This document shows positions 12,001 through 27,000 of a stretch of 31,501 nt of DNA, in pieces. Origin of the DNA: an uncultured Faecalibacterium sp. (GTDB taxonomy: Bacteria > Bacillota > Clostridia > Oscillospirales > Acutalibacteraceae); contig CAZNQI010000001.1 of the NCBI GenBank assembly GCA_964575375.1, positions 1 to 31,501 of the forward strand, read 5' to 3'. Numbering within the stretch: position 1 is the stretch's first letter; every line of letters starts with the position of its first letter. Position numbers and translations under genes: made by a program. Under the pieces are notes generated by a model. It was given only the letters and a program-made list of their open reading frames with translations. It had not been told where the DNA came from and did not search any database.

Positions 12001-15000
12001 CTCAAGCTTCTTATGCTCGAAGATGGCGATCTCGTTATCCTTGACGGTATCACAATCTCAGCAGGCGACGGTTACGACAGATTCATAATTCCTGTTGCAG
12101 AAATGCTCGGTATCACAATCGAAAAGGATAAGAACGCAGTTGCAGCAATTGCTACTGATGAAGAATTTGCAGTATTCGTTGTTGACGGTATTGAAAAGCT
12201 TCTCCACACAATTCTTGCAGCTCCGGTACAGACAATTATCAATCTTATCCCATCACTTTCATACTTCATCACATCCGAAGGTCTTGCTCAGGCTGTTGAA
12301 CAGCTTCTCGCTCCTGTTATCACTCTTGTTGATATGGTTAACGAGGTTTCAGCAGCAGAACAAGTAATCGAAGGCAGAGATGAGCCACTCGTAGCTCTCA
12401 ATGTTTACGCATTCCTTGTAGATCTTCTTAAGGATACAATCGCATTCCCTGAAGGCACAGATACAGTAGAAGAAATTGTAGACAATCTTCTCACTGAAAA
12501 CGGTCTTATAGACCTCATCAAGAATCTTGTTAATAAAGACAAGGCTCCTGACAGTGCTGAATACAAAGATCTTTCATTCCTTGACGGCATCTTCTCACTC
12601 ATCGTTTCAAAGACTTGCGCAATCAGCAACGTTGAAACAATGCGTTACTTCGGCGCACAGACAATCGGTAGTGCAAGATATGTTAAGGGTGTAAGAAGCG
12701 AAAACGCTAACACAATTCTTCAAATCATCTCTGAAATCGTTCTTTCAGAAGACGGACTTGTATTTGATATTCTTGCCGTTGCAGGCGTTGACCTCAACAA
12801 CGAAAAGAATGCAACAATTAAGACAGTTATCGAAGGTATCACAGGCGACAACAGATACTGTGTACTCGAAGTACTTCTTAACTACTTCAACCACTATGAT
12901 GTTGAAAACGATCTTCTTGAATACTTGTCATTCGACGAACTTACCTACGATTATGACACATATTCAGTTGACACAACTCTCACAGCACGTAAGGTAAGAC
13001 GTGCAATCAAGAAGCTTGACCAGGCTCTCATTGCTATTATTCCGGATCTTCTTCCGATGCTTGAAGAAGTAGCATTGCTCAAGGGAGCACTCGAAAGCGT
13101 TAAGGACACAGACGGTGGCTACACCGGTGTAACACTCGAAAAGGTTGTTGAAGCTATCCTTACAGATCTTGCATTCAACGACGAAATGATGGATACCATA
13201 GTTGGCGCTCTTGTTGGCGTTCTCGGTGGTACAGAAATCATCGACACAATTCTTCCTCTCCTTGACGATCTTCTTGATATTAACTTCACACCGGCAGGTG
13301 TAATTACAGCTTCCGACAACGCTGCTGTTGACGCAATGCTTCAAGCAGCTATAGATGCTGCAGACCTTAGAGTAATGGACGATAAGGGCACACCTGACGA
13401 TACATCAGACGACGTTCAAAAGACTGACGACAATAACAATCCTGTATATCGTGCAGCTACATGGGCAGACATCGCAGCATACTACTCTGAAAACGTATAC
13501 TATTATGTTGACACAGTTGTAACAGAAGACGATGAAGCAACAGAAGCTGACGAATCAAAGACAGAATACGTTGTTGCAAAGCACATTGACAAAGCAATAA
13601 TTGAAAATGAGACTGAAACAGAAATCACTCTCGAAGACGGCACAAAGAAGACGGTAACACTCTACACTTACGAAATCGCAATTGCTGATAGCTCTAAGAA
13701 CGAGTTTACTTATAAGACAGTTTCTGAAACAGATGCTACTAAGGTTGCAGCAGGCACAACTGTTGTTGTTGACTACACTTGGGGCATTTCAGATGCAACA
13801 AGCTTTGATGCTAAGTACAACGCATTTATCGACGTTCTCTATGGCTTTATTATTGAACTCGAACCTGTTCTTAACTTCTTGTTCCGTGGCGAAGATATCG
13901 CTATCACATCTAAGGACAGCGACGGTAATACACAAAAGGTAATCGAGCTTAAGGGTGGCGAAGGCTACGAATATGCTATTCTTCCTCTGCTTAAGGGTCT
14001 TGCAGCTGACCAATTCGGTACAGTTAAGACAGCTGAGGAATATATGGCAGCTAAGAACTCTAAGGTAACTCTTACAGCTATTACAGACGGCGTATTCAAC
14101 ATTGTTGACGCACTTTGTAACTCACCTGTTGAGTACATCCTTACTCTTGTTCCATCGCTTGCATACTTCATCGAATCTGACGGTGTTGAAAAGCTCATCA
14201 CAAACCTTCTCTCTCCTGTATTTGCACTCCTTGATGTTGCAGAACCTGCAGTTGGCGATCTTCTCAACGATCTCCTCGGTGGTGTTCTCGGTAATGCTCT
14301 TGGTGCATATATGCCTTCAAATGTTGGCACAACCGTAACAACTACTCTTTACGGTTACAGCTACACAGTTGATGTTGAGGCTGAAGAAGATACTGAAACC
14401 GAGGAAGAAACTGAAGCTGTAGCAGAAACTGAAGCTTCAGACGAAACCGAGGCAACAGAGGATGACGCTGAGGCAACAACTAAGACAGTTGAGGTATACC
14501 TCGAAAATGCCGATCAAGCTACAATTACAGTAGACGGTAAAGAATATGCTCTTACAGCTCTTACAGGCGATAAGGCAACTAAGGTAGAAAAGACTACAAC
14601 TTATACACTTGACGAAATCGTATCTGAAATCGGCACAAGTGAAAACCTTGTAAACATCATCAATAATCTTGTTGGTGGCTTACTTGTTAAGGATAAGACT
14701 GATGCAAACGGTAATGCTATCGCTCCGATCCAGCTTCTCAGCGAAAACTTCTTTAGTGAATATGTTCAGTATGCAGTTGATATGGGTGATATCGACTCAG
14801 GTAAGACATACTTCAACGCAACAGTTATTAAAGAAGGCGGCGAATTCGGTGGCCATACAGGTGCAACAGTTACTATCGCATCTGATAAATATGATGCATC
14901 TATCCACGGCGAATACTATACACTTACAGGTGAAACACGTAATGTTGTTAAGAACTTCAAGGTTGATATAGCAGACTCATTTGTATATCTTCTTGATAAC

Positions 15001-18000
15001 GTTCTTTCCGAGGAACTTCTCAATGCTCTTCTTCCTGCAGAAAAGAGAGTTGACGAAAAGACCGGCGAACAAAATCTTGTTGGTATGATCATTGAAAACC
15101 TCATCGCTCTCATTAACGGTGATGTTGCAGGTCTTACTATTACAGATGTTCTTGTATCTCTCTTTGAAGGCTACGAAATCACTTATGCAGATTTCTCTAA
15201 CATCTATATTGAAATCGACCATACAAACGATATCGCAGCAGGAAATCTTCCGGGTAAGCTTGATACAATCATCAACGAAGCTCTTCCGCTTGTTCTCACT
15301 CTCCTTGTTACGGGCGAACAAAAAGAAGGCTCAATCATGGATGTTATTCTCGATACTGTTAAGAAGGAAGTTCCTGCAGACTCAACAGTAATCGAAGAAG
15401 TTGTTGAAGCGATACTCAATAACCTTGCATTCTCCGATGATATGATGAATACAATCGTTAACCTTCTTGTTGGTGTTCTCGGCGGCACAGTTGGTAAGGA
15501 CAATATCATTGATACAATTCTTGATATTCTCGTTATCGGTGGCAAGAAGCTCACAGCTGACGATTATCTCGCATCTATTACTGCTCACTTTAACGGTAAG
15601 GCTGACTACACAACAGCAGTTAACGCAGTTAAGGGTATTATCGGTAATGCAAAGACATGGAGCGAAGTTAAGGCTAATGCTCCTGCAGACACATCTGAAG
15701 ACGCTAAGGAAGGCGCAATCGCAATCGAAGCAGATTGGGGTATCGACGAAGCAACCGATAAGAAGGCAGCATTCATAAATGCAATTATGGTTCTTCTTCA
15801 ACCTGTAACACCTGTTCTCCAGCTTCTCCTTCAAGGCAAGACACTTACTCTGCTTGAAAGCGGCGGCGTATATAAGGGCGACTTTGAAACTGTATACAAC
15901 ACCACAACCGGTACAGACAGTGAAACTCCTGATGACGACAGAGCAGCTGAATATACTGCAGGCGTAACACTCGGCACAGGCTTCCTTGAAATTCGTGGTT
16001 CAAAGGGCTACGAAGAAGGTATCCTCGGTCTTGTTGATGCACTCTGCCTTGTTGATGCAGGTCTTGCAACAGAAACAACAGAAGACGATATCGTAACTCC
16101 TGAAGTATACAACGCATACACAGATATCGAAGATATTCTCGGCACAATCCTTGATATCGTATTCGGTATCGTAGACGGTATCGCAAGCGGTCCTGTTGAA
16201 TACATTTCACAGCATCTCGCAGGTCTTCTCTACTTCGTAGTTAGCGATAACCTTACAGTTCTTGTAGATAATGTACTCGCACTTGCATGGGGTCTGCTCG
16301 AAGTTGTTGAACCCATCACAGGCGAATCTGATGCACTCATTCAATCACTTCTTAACATTAATCTTGACGATTATCTCACAATAGACGGTCTTGTAGCTCT
16401 CATTAACGGTCTTATCGAAGGCAAAAAGGAGCTTGAACTCACTGCTGTTACAGATGAAAACGATGTAGTAACAGGCTACACAGCTGCAAACGGTGATAAG
16501 ACATACGAGGTTGCACTTGACGACAGCACAATTGTTGAAAAGGACGGCAAGCTCTACGCAACAGTTAAGACAGGTACTCTTGACCTTGTAATCACTGTTG
16601 ATATGCTCAAGACACTCATCGCTGAAATCGGTGCATACACAGTAGCAACATCTTACAGATCTGATGTAAACACAGCTCTTAAGGATGGCGACAACCTTGT
16701 TGACACAAGCGGTAATACTGTTCTTGATGAAGACGGTAATATCGACACAACAAAGGTAACAACCGGTAAGATTGCAACCGTAACAGGTTCACAAGAATAC
16801 TTTGTAAACGGTCTTCTTACATTTGCAATCGACGAAATTCTTCCGATGTTCGCAGATGAAACAAATCCGGACGCAGTTATCAATCAAGTAATCGGCTATC
16901 TGTCAGCAGACGGAGCAGTTGCAGGCGTTATCAAGTTCCTCAACGATCTCACAACTAAGTACATCGTTGAATTCTTCGCAATCGAAGAACCTGAAGTAGC
17001 TCTTCAGAAGCTTGAAGTTCTCTATGCAAACGCAGCAGGACACTCTGTAACAAAGGCTGAAACTGAAACTGCACTCAATAACCTTGATGCTCTTATTGCA
17101 GAGCTTCTTCCGATGCTCGGTCTTCTTAATGACGGTGAAACACTTGCAGACCTTGTATCCGGCTTCGTTCTCACAGACAGCATTCTCAATACAGTTGTCG
17201 GCTTACTCGCAGGTATCTTCGGCGGCCTCAACCAGGATGTTCTCGATATAATCGAAATCGTTGCAGGTGCACTCGGTGAAGAAATTGATATCACCGCAGA
17301 AACCTATGCAAAGGATGCAGATATCGCAGGCTTCTTCGGCGATGCTACAACTTGGGCTGAAGTAATTGAAGATTATACCAAGTACGTATACAACTATGAA
17401 GTAACTGATTCCGAAGGTAAGAAATCTACTAAGGAATACTACGGTGCTGACGGTATGACAACAGCTTCTATCGATATTGACGGCGACGGCACAGAAGAAA
17501 CAGTTGTTCTTACAAAGGCTTATGCTGAAGTTGATAAGACAGAGACAACCGGCGAAGGCGATGCAGCCGTAACAAAGACTTACTACACCTATGGCGAAAA
17601 CAAGACAGAAATTGCTCTTGAAGCTAAGGAAGTAACAACTAAGGACGGCAAGCTTTACGCAACAATCGAAGATGTAGAATATGAACTTACTGTAGTTAAG
17701 ACAAACGCTGAAGAACAGACAACAAAGGTAATTTACGATTACGCTTGGGGTCTTGCAGAGCTTGACAGTACAGAAAAGAAGATTGACAAGTTCGTCGCAG
17801 TTCTCACATCATTCCTTGCTCCTGTTGATTTTGTACTCGAAGTAATTCTTGCAGGTGGTACATCTACAGGCAGTGCAGAAAATGCTGACTCAATCAGCGC
17901 ATTTAAGGAAATCAATATCATGGGTGGCAGCGGCTACAACTACGCTATCATTCCTCTCATGGAAGCACTCGGCGTACCTGCTGACATGATTAAGACACAA

Positions 18001-21000
18001 ACTGAATATGAAGCAACAATCGCAACTCAAGGCACACTCGGCTACATTCTTGACACAGTTCTCACTTATGTTGTTGGTGGTCTCGACAAGCCTGTTGACT
18101 TCGTAATGAATATCATTGCTAACCTCGCATATACAATCAGCAAGGACGGCCTTACAACAATCGTTGGTAACCTCATTGCTCCGATTAGTGCAATTCTCAA
18201 GTCTATCGAAGGCGTACTTCCTGTAGCAATCGTTATTGACCTTAACGGTATCTTCGACGAAAGCAAGGAAATCCTGAACTTCAAGATGGGCGACGATGTT
18301 GCAGCCGCAGGCTACAATGTAGGTCTTACACTCGACCTTAACGGTGTAACTCTTGAAGAGCTTATCATTACAGTTATTGAAAAGTACGCTTCAAGCTTGA
18401 ACCTTGAAATCAGCTTCCGTGATCTTGCAGCAGGCTCTGCAAAGACAGACGAAAACGGTGCTATCATTTATACAGCTTCTAAGGTTAACTCAGACCTTGC
18501 AGGCAACGACATCAAGGTATGGGATAAGCTTTCAGGCACATGGGGCAAGAATATCTCCGGTGATAAGGCTGATACAATCATCACTCTTCTTGATATGATT
18601 ATCACAACCGACAACATCAACGGTATTCTCAAGATGCTCAATGTTGACCTTGATGCAACTCTCGACGGTCTTGGTGAGAAGTTTGCAGTTCTCAAGACAG
18701 TTGTTAACGATGCTATCGATGATCCTACAGTTCTTGTTGATACAATCATCAAGATCTTGTCAGCATCCGATTACAACGTTGACGAACTTAAGGTTCTCTA
18801 CGATGCAATCGCATCCTCAGAATATGAATATAACGAGGACGTTGCTTCTAAGACACAGGTTGAACTTGCATTGACAAAGCTTGATGCAGTTATCAACAAT
18901 GCAATTGACGATGTGTTCAATATCCTCAAGGGTCTTGACAATATGCCTCAATTCGTTCTTGATCTTGCAAATTCAGGCGCAACAGGCAGTATTGAAGAAC
19001 TTGTTAACTACTTGCTTAAGGATATGGTATTCACTGACGAAATCATCAATATGATTCTCGGTGCTCTTATCGGTGTATTCGCAGGTATGGATGACGAAAC
19101 ATTCAACACTGTAAACAAAATCCTTAACAAGATTCTCGGTGTTAAGCTTGATCTTGCATCCTTCGTAAACACAGGTCTTGTTGATACAACATATCTCAAG
19201 GATTTCGCAGATACGGCAACTACCTGGAAGGCATTTGCACAGGCAAACACTAAGTATGCATTCACATACGAAACAACAGATGCAGAAGGCAAGACAGTAA
19301 CTAATGAAGTTTACCTTGCTGAAGATGCAACAGAATATGTTGATGCTGAAGGCATTACCTATAGTGTAACTGCTAAGAACGGCGAAGACGGCAAGCAGCT
19401 TTCAAAGGTTGTTATTGACCACAAGTGGGGTCTTGCAACTGCAGCTGATGCTGATGCAAGAGAAGCACTCTTCGTTGATATCATCCTCGAAATCATCGCT
19501 CCGTTCAATAAAGTTCTCGAATTCCTCTTCAGAGGTGAAGATATCGCTATCCTTATAGACGGCATTAAGCTCCAGGGCGGCAACGGCTGGGATAACGTAA
19601 TTGTTCCTCTCGGCATGGCTCTCGGCGAAGATATTTCAGTAACAAAGGCAAATGCAACAGCAGTTGATTGTGTAGAAGCTCTCCTTGGCGGTATTCTTAA
19701 TATCGTTGACAAGGTAGGCAATGCACCTATCAATACAATCGTTGACGTGGTAGCAGGACTTTCATACTTCCTCGCATCCGACGGTGTTGAAGAAGCAGTT
19801 AACGGTATCCTCGCTCCAATCACAGGCCTCCTTTCACTCCTTAGCGGAGTTATCGGAATGGACGATATCAATGCACTGCTTAAGGGTCTTATCAATATGG
19901 ACCTTAACGATATTGCTGATATCGCAGGCGATTACGGTGAAGAGCTTGTTGCAATGGTTAACGAGCTTATCGGCTCAGTTGAAATCACCGACGCAACAAC
20001 AGGTGAAACATACGCAATTAACCTTCTTCCTGACGACTTCTTCCTTAAGGTTGCAGAATATGCAATCGACTATAAAGCAAGTGATGTTGTAACACTTGGA
20101 GAAGACGAATTGGGCTATGACTATCAGCCTGAACATAAGTATGTTACAGACTTTACAGTTGACGGAGCAGACGGTCTTATGTATGTTCTTTCAACAGTAT
20201 GCTCAACAGACTTCCTTACAGCTCTTGCAACAAAGCTTGGTGTTAATGTAAATGACGATAAGGTTGATATGCTTGAAGGTATCATCCTCGGTCTTGCAGG
20301 TAAGCAAGATAACATCGTTGACATTATCATCACTCTGCTTACAGATTACACAGTAACATATACTGAGTACACTCGTCAGCCAATCGATAAGATTGACGTA
20401 CAGCACAATGCTCCGATGAACGACGACAACCTTGCAGCAGCTCTTGCAGCTCTCGATCCTATCATCGCAGCAGTAATTAGTATGCTCGTTGCTGATGCTG
20501 ATTCACTCGAAGGTCTCGTAGCAAATCTCATTAATAAAGTAGATCTTGCAAATATGCTTATGGAACTTCTTGTTCCTGCACTTGCAAATCTTAACCTCGA
20601 TGACATTCTCAATTACGTGAAGCAGCTTACTAACCTTGACCTCGCTCTTGATCCGCAGACATTCGTTCAGAATGCACGCTTTGGTTCAGAACTTGCAACC
20701 TTCATCGGTACAGCAAAGACATGGGCAGAGGTACGTGATAATCGCTTCACAGCTTCAGAACCTGATGCTGACGGTAAGATTACTTACACAATCGATAAAT
20801 TTGATTGGAAGCTCGGCCTTGAAGGTACACTTCCTGCAGGCACAGGCAGATTCGACGGTATTGTAAATCTCGTTTGCGATCTCCTTATGCCACTCGATGT
20901 TGTATTTGAACTTCTCCTCACAGGTGAACAAATCATTGCAATTCCTGATTACAATGAAGACGGCACTCGTGGCGACGATATCCGTGTAAACGGTGGCGAA

Positions 21001-24000
21001 GGCTACAACTATGCAATCATCCCGCTTCTTGAAGCATTCGGTATCGAAGCTCTCAGCGAAGAAGAATACATCGCACTCGCAGTAGGTACAGACACAGTTG
21101 ACGGTAAGGGTCATCTCTACCCGATCCTCAACGCAATCATCGAAAAGGTTGAAACACTTCTCGATGCTCCTATTGCAACACTCCTTCCGATGCTTGCAAA
21201 CATCTTCTACTTCATCGGTACAGATGGCATCAACAATGTAGCATCTAACCTTCTCGCATTTGTTAACTATCTCCTTAACAAGATTGACCCTGTATTCCAT
21301 ATTGGTGTTAAGGTTGACCTTGGTGCAGAGACAATCTTCGAATACGAGCTCGGTGACGACGCTGCTAAGAATGTTCCGGCAGGCGTAAACATCAACGTTG
21401 CAGCTAATGACATCATCTCTCTTGTAAACGATCTCCTTGCAGGTCTCAAGGTAGTTGACATTGACGGTGATGGCGAAAAGGATCCTCTTGGTATCAGCCT
21501 TGATATCGACTGGCTCGAAATCGCAGCTCAAATGGCAGCAGCTAAGAATGCATACACAACCGATAAGCTTGGTTCAAATGTAACAGTTTGGATAGCAGAA
21601 AGCGATGTTAAGAAGGCTGAAGACGGCACTCTTACAACAGTAATGATAATCAACGGCACAGAGACAACAGTAACTCTTACAGCTGTTGAAGGCAAGAATC
21701 CTGCAGTTGTTGAAATTCCGACAGCTCAAGTTAAGGTTGATGCAGACGGAAATGTTGTTCCGGCAACATGGTACAACATTATTGGTGATGCTGAAGATAC
21801 ATTCACAACACTCATTAACGCAATCCTTACAAAGGAAAACACATACGCAATAGCTCAACTCATTGAAGGTCTCCTCGGCGATGCTCTTAACGGCATGGAC
21901 GGTATCAACAACGAGACAGGTGAAGCTAATGACGAGTTCAACCTCAAGGGTCTTCTCTACGATATTATCTACGAAGAAAACGGTCTTAAGGAACTCATTT
22001 CTGTAGTTGTTCTTCTCCTTAGCGGTGAATATGATATCACTACTTATCCGGTAATCTATAAGTATCTTGGTGTACTCACATTCTTCGCAGGCAACACAGA
22101 GGATCAAGCTTCACTCAACACAGCTATTACAAAGCTTGACGCTATAATCACTCGTGAAGTTCCTGAACTTGTTACAATGTTCATTAAGGAAGACGCAACA
22201 GGTATTGTAAGCGATCTTCGCACAGCAGCAGTTAACTCCTCAGACCTCAGCGGTATGATTGATTACCTTCTCAATACTCTTCTCTTCACAGAAGAAAACT
22301 ATGACAAGCTGATCGGCATACTTGTTAAGGCTCTCGGCGGATTCTTAACAGCAGATCTCTGTGGTACTCTCAATGAACTTCTCGGTATCGACCTTGCTCC
22401 TGTAGCGTTCGCAACAGCAACAGGTAACGCTAAGATACTCGCATACGTAAACGAGGCAGAAAGCGAAGAAGGCAAGGCTATCACTTGGGCTGACGTATGG
22501 GCAGCACACAGCGATGCCGACGGTGAAGCTGTAGCTTACGAATGGAACCTTGCAGGTACAGACGGCAAGCTCAGCACAGCAGAATTCGTTGACTCAGTTC
22601 TCGATCTTCTCGTTCCGCTTAATCCGGTTCTTGACTTCATCCTTGCAGGCGGTTCAATAGACCTTCTTGATAAGGCAGTTTCACTTCCGGGTGGCGACGC
22701 ATATAATACAGCTCTTGTTCCGTTGTTCAAGGCTCTCGGTATTGATCTTGCCGAAGCAGACACCTCAACAGAAGCTCTCGATAAGCTTGTTGACGGTCTC
22801 CTCGGCGACAGAACAAATACTGAAAACGACGGTCTTGTTGAAAAGCTCGGTGCAGCTCCTCTCAACACTATCCTCAAACTCGTTGCAGGCTTGTCATATC
22901 TTCTTGCTAACGACAACCTTGAACCGATCATCAAGAATCTTCTCGCTCCTGTATTCTCAATCCTTGACCTTCTTGAGTCAGTTATCTCAAGAGATCAGAT
23001 CGATGCTATCTTGTCATCCTTCCTTGTAATCGGTGGTAAGGGCTACGGTCTTACAGACATCATTGAAATCGGTAACAACGGCGGTGCAAACCTTGTTGAG
23101 CTTCTCAATGGTATTATCGGCGGTCTTGAAATTAAGGATGCAGACGGCAACGTAGTTGATACACTCAAGCTTCTTCCGGATAACTTCTTCGTTGAACTTT
23201 CCAAGTATGCAGTTGATGTAACAACTCCTGAAACAGGTCTTGTTGAAAACGAAACAATAGCTGAAAGCTGGACCTACGATGCAGCTGAAACTCTTATGTA
23301 CATCCTTGACACAGTTCTCAGCGACAGCTTCCTTAAGGTTCTTGCAAACATAATTAATCCTAACGCAGCAGAAGGTGATACATTAACAACTATCCTTACA
23401 GGTCTTGCTGATAAGGAAATGGCAGTTGTTGATCTCATCCTCATGTTCCTTGAAAATTACACAGTATCTTACAATAAGATTCCTCAGACAGATCTCACAG
23501 GTGATGCGGCTGATTACACAGCATTCCAGGATAATGCAGGCGAAATCGCAGAAGCACTTCCGGATGCAATCACAGCACTCGATGCACTTCTCGGTACAGT
23601 TCTCGGCCTCCTCGGTCAGGACAGCGACCTCGGTGCACTTGTAGACGGCCTTCTTAAGAACGCAGATCTCGGCAAGCTCATTATGAATGCTCTTGTTCCT
23701 GCTCTTGCAGGTCTTAACCTCGATGCAATCATCGGTTATGTAAATGATCTTACTAACCTCGATCTCCACATCGATCCGCAGACATTCAAGACATCTGCTA
23801 AGTTCGGTTCTTCACTCGCAGACTTCATCGGCGATGCTGAAACTTGGGCAGAGGTTCGTGATGCACACTTTACAAAGGGCGAAGACGATACTTACACATG
23901 GAACGGTTATGACTTCGGTCTTAATACTCTTGAAGATGTAATTAACTTCGCAGCAGACCTTCTTATGCCGCTTGATATCGTATTCCAGGTACTTCTTTGC

Positions 24001-27000
24001 GGTGAACAAATCATCGCTCTTGAAGACGAAGATAAGCAACGTCGTGCAGACATCAGAATCAACGGTGGTTACGGTTACAACTATGCGATCGTTCCTCTTC
24101 TTGAAGCTCTCGGTGCAGATGTTCTCACTCAGGCTGAATACGAACTTCAGGCACAGGCAGACGGCTCATCGCTCAAGTATATACTTGATACAATCGTAAC
24201 AAGAGTTAACACAATTCTTGCAGCTCCGATAAGCGAAGTTCTCGGTCTTGTAGCAAATCTCTTCTACTTCATCGGTTCAGAAGGTATCAACACAATCGTT
24301 GCTAACCTTGTTGCTCCTGTTGTTGAAATTCTCGATCAGGTTTGCGAAGTATATCCGATCAGCATCTTCGTTGGTATCGTTGACGGTGCATTCAAGTTTG
24401 AATTTGATATCGAAAACAAGAAGGGTCTTGAACCCGGCTTCGTATTCGATGTTAAGGCATCAGCTCTTAACGATCTCATCAGCGGTATCCTTTCCGGCAT
24501 TAAGGTTAACGGTGAACCTCTCGGCCTCACACTTGATCTTAACTGGCTTGAGCTTGCAGCAGCTATGGCTGTAAGAGATGAAAACGGTGATATCGTTTAC
24601 ACAGAATCTTCAATGGTATACGGCTACAACAACACAACTGTAACCGGTACAGGTAACGATCCTTACAAGAACATCACAGGAGATCCTGCTGATTCACTTG
24701 TAACAATCCTTAACGCTGTTCTTTCAGATGCTAACGTAGCTGTAATTAAGGACCTCGTTCTCGGACTTCTTGGTGATGCAGAACTTGATCCTACACTCGA
24801 CGGACTTATTGATGATCTTCTTTCAGATAACGATGGTCTTGTTAACCTTATCGGTGCAGTAGTACTTGTACTTACAGGTGAATATGAGATCAAGACACTT
24901 GATATGATCTTCAAGTTCCTCGGCGATGTTGACTACAACGTTGCAAATGCAGATGCAGCAATCGAAACACTCGACAGACTCATCGGCAAGGCAATTCCTG
25001 TTGTTCTTCCTCTCATCGCAGGTGAAAACATTGAAGAAGGCTCACTTATGGATACTGTTGTTGATGCATCAGCAAATGTACCTAACGGCACACCTGTTTT
25101 GACACACATCATCAACACACTCCTTAACGATATGGTCTTCACAAACGATATGATGAAGACAATCACAGATCTCCTTGTTGGCGCACTCGGCGGAGCTCTC
25201 AGCGAAAGCCTCTGCACAACACTCAACGATCTGCTTGGTATTGACCTTTCACCTGTAGCATTTGCACAGGCAAGCGGCAACGCAGAGCTTATCGCTTATG
25301 TAAATGCAGCAACCGGTACAGGCACACCTGAATATGATGCTGACGGCAATGCAATCGAAGGTACACAAGCAATCACATGGGCAGACGTAAAGGCTGCACA
25401 CAGCACTGTTGATACTAAGGGTACAGAAGACACAACAGACGATGTAACAACATACGATGCAATCTTCACAGGCGTTGATACTAAGGACGAATTCCTTGGC
25501 AACATCTACGATATCCTTGAAGCAGTTGAACCTGTACTTGCATTCTTGCTCACAGGTGGTAACCTTGAAATTGCTAAGGGCTACAATGTTGAAAACATTA
25601 AGCTTCTCGGTAATAAGGGTTACGAAAACGCTATCTATTATCTCTTCAAGGGTCTCGGTCTTGAAGAAATGGGTGCAACATGGCAGGCTCTCGGCGACGA
25701 TGACGATGCAATCGACGCACTCAGATACACAATTGATTATGTATTCACACTTGTTGAAACACTCGGTGAAAAGCCGTTCGATACAATTATCGTTCTTATT
25801 GCTAACCTCAGCTACCTTATTGCAAATAACGGTGTTGAAGTAGTTCTTACGAACCTTGTATCTCCGATACTTTCACTCGTTGATGCTCTTGAAGGCACAA
25901 TCTCCAGAGCAGAGCTCGACGCACTCCTTGTAACATTCACAAAGAGTGAGACACTCACAATCAGCGGTATCCTCGGTATCGCAGGCGAAAACGGTAAGGC
26001 ACTTGTAGATCTCGTTAACGGACTTCTTCCGAACATTAAGATTTACGAAGACAGCGCATATAACGCAGACGGCACTCTCAAAGAAAATGCAGAGCCTATC
26101 CACGTTATCAACGCACTTCCTGACGACTTCTTCGTACAGCTTTCAAAGGTTGCTATCGAAGTAGACGATCCGGCAGATCTCGTAGATCCGGATGATATCG
26201 GTGATGCAGCAAATACATGGCACGTTGATACAGGCGATGCTCTCATGTATGTTCTTAAGACTGTTCTTTCACAAGACTTCTTACAGATCCTTTGCGAGCT
26301 TCTCAAGGTACAAGAGACAAACGAAGACGGTTCTGAAAATATGGTTTACGGAATTGTTACAAGTCTCGAAGGTAAGGAAGAAGAGCTTCTCGACTTACTG
26401 TTAGCACTTCTCACTAAGTATCTCGTTGAATACAAAGCATACAACCAGGATGTACTCAATAAGACAGTTGTTATTGATGATGCACAAACTCAAGAGCAGT
26501 TCAGCAGCATCGTTGGCAACCTTGACGAGCTCATTCCTACAGTTCTCGGCCTCGTTGGTCTTAAGGATTCAGCAGGCAACGAAGTAACAAGCCTTGAACA
26601 GCTTGTAAACGGCTTCTTGACAGACGACATCGCTGATATGCTTGTTGGTATGATTACTGAGCTTCTTGCAGGACTTCCGTCAGCTACAATCGACACAATT
26701 CTCGGTTATGTAACTGAGCTTACAAGTCTTACAAATCTCAACATTACACCTAAGGCATTCGCAAACAATAACTTCGGTTCAAAGGTTAAGTCCTTCTTCG
26801 ACGCATCAGTTGTTGCTTACAATACAGCACACGCTGCTGACGAAGGCTTCACAGCTGTAACACTCGACACCATTACTTGGGCTCAAGTTTGGGAAGTTAA
26901 CAGCGAAGAAGTAGCAGGTGCAGACGGTTCAACAACTCTTGAATTCACAGGTTATGCATGGGGCATCACAGGTCTTGAGGATCTCGTAAATCTTCTTTGC

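Noticed and set aside
20968..20976. RGD integrin-binding tripeptide
   Set aside because: A single tripeptide in about 9900 aa is unremarkable, and the sister module R12 has RRAD at this position.
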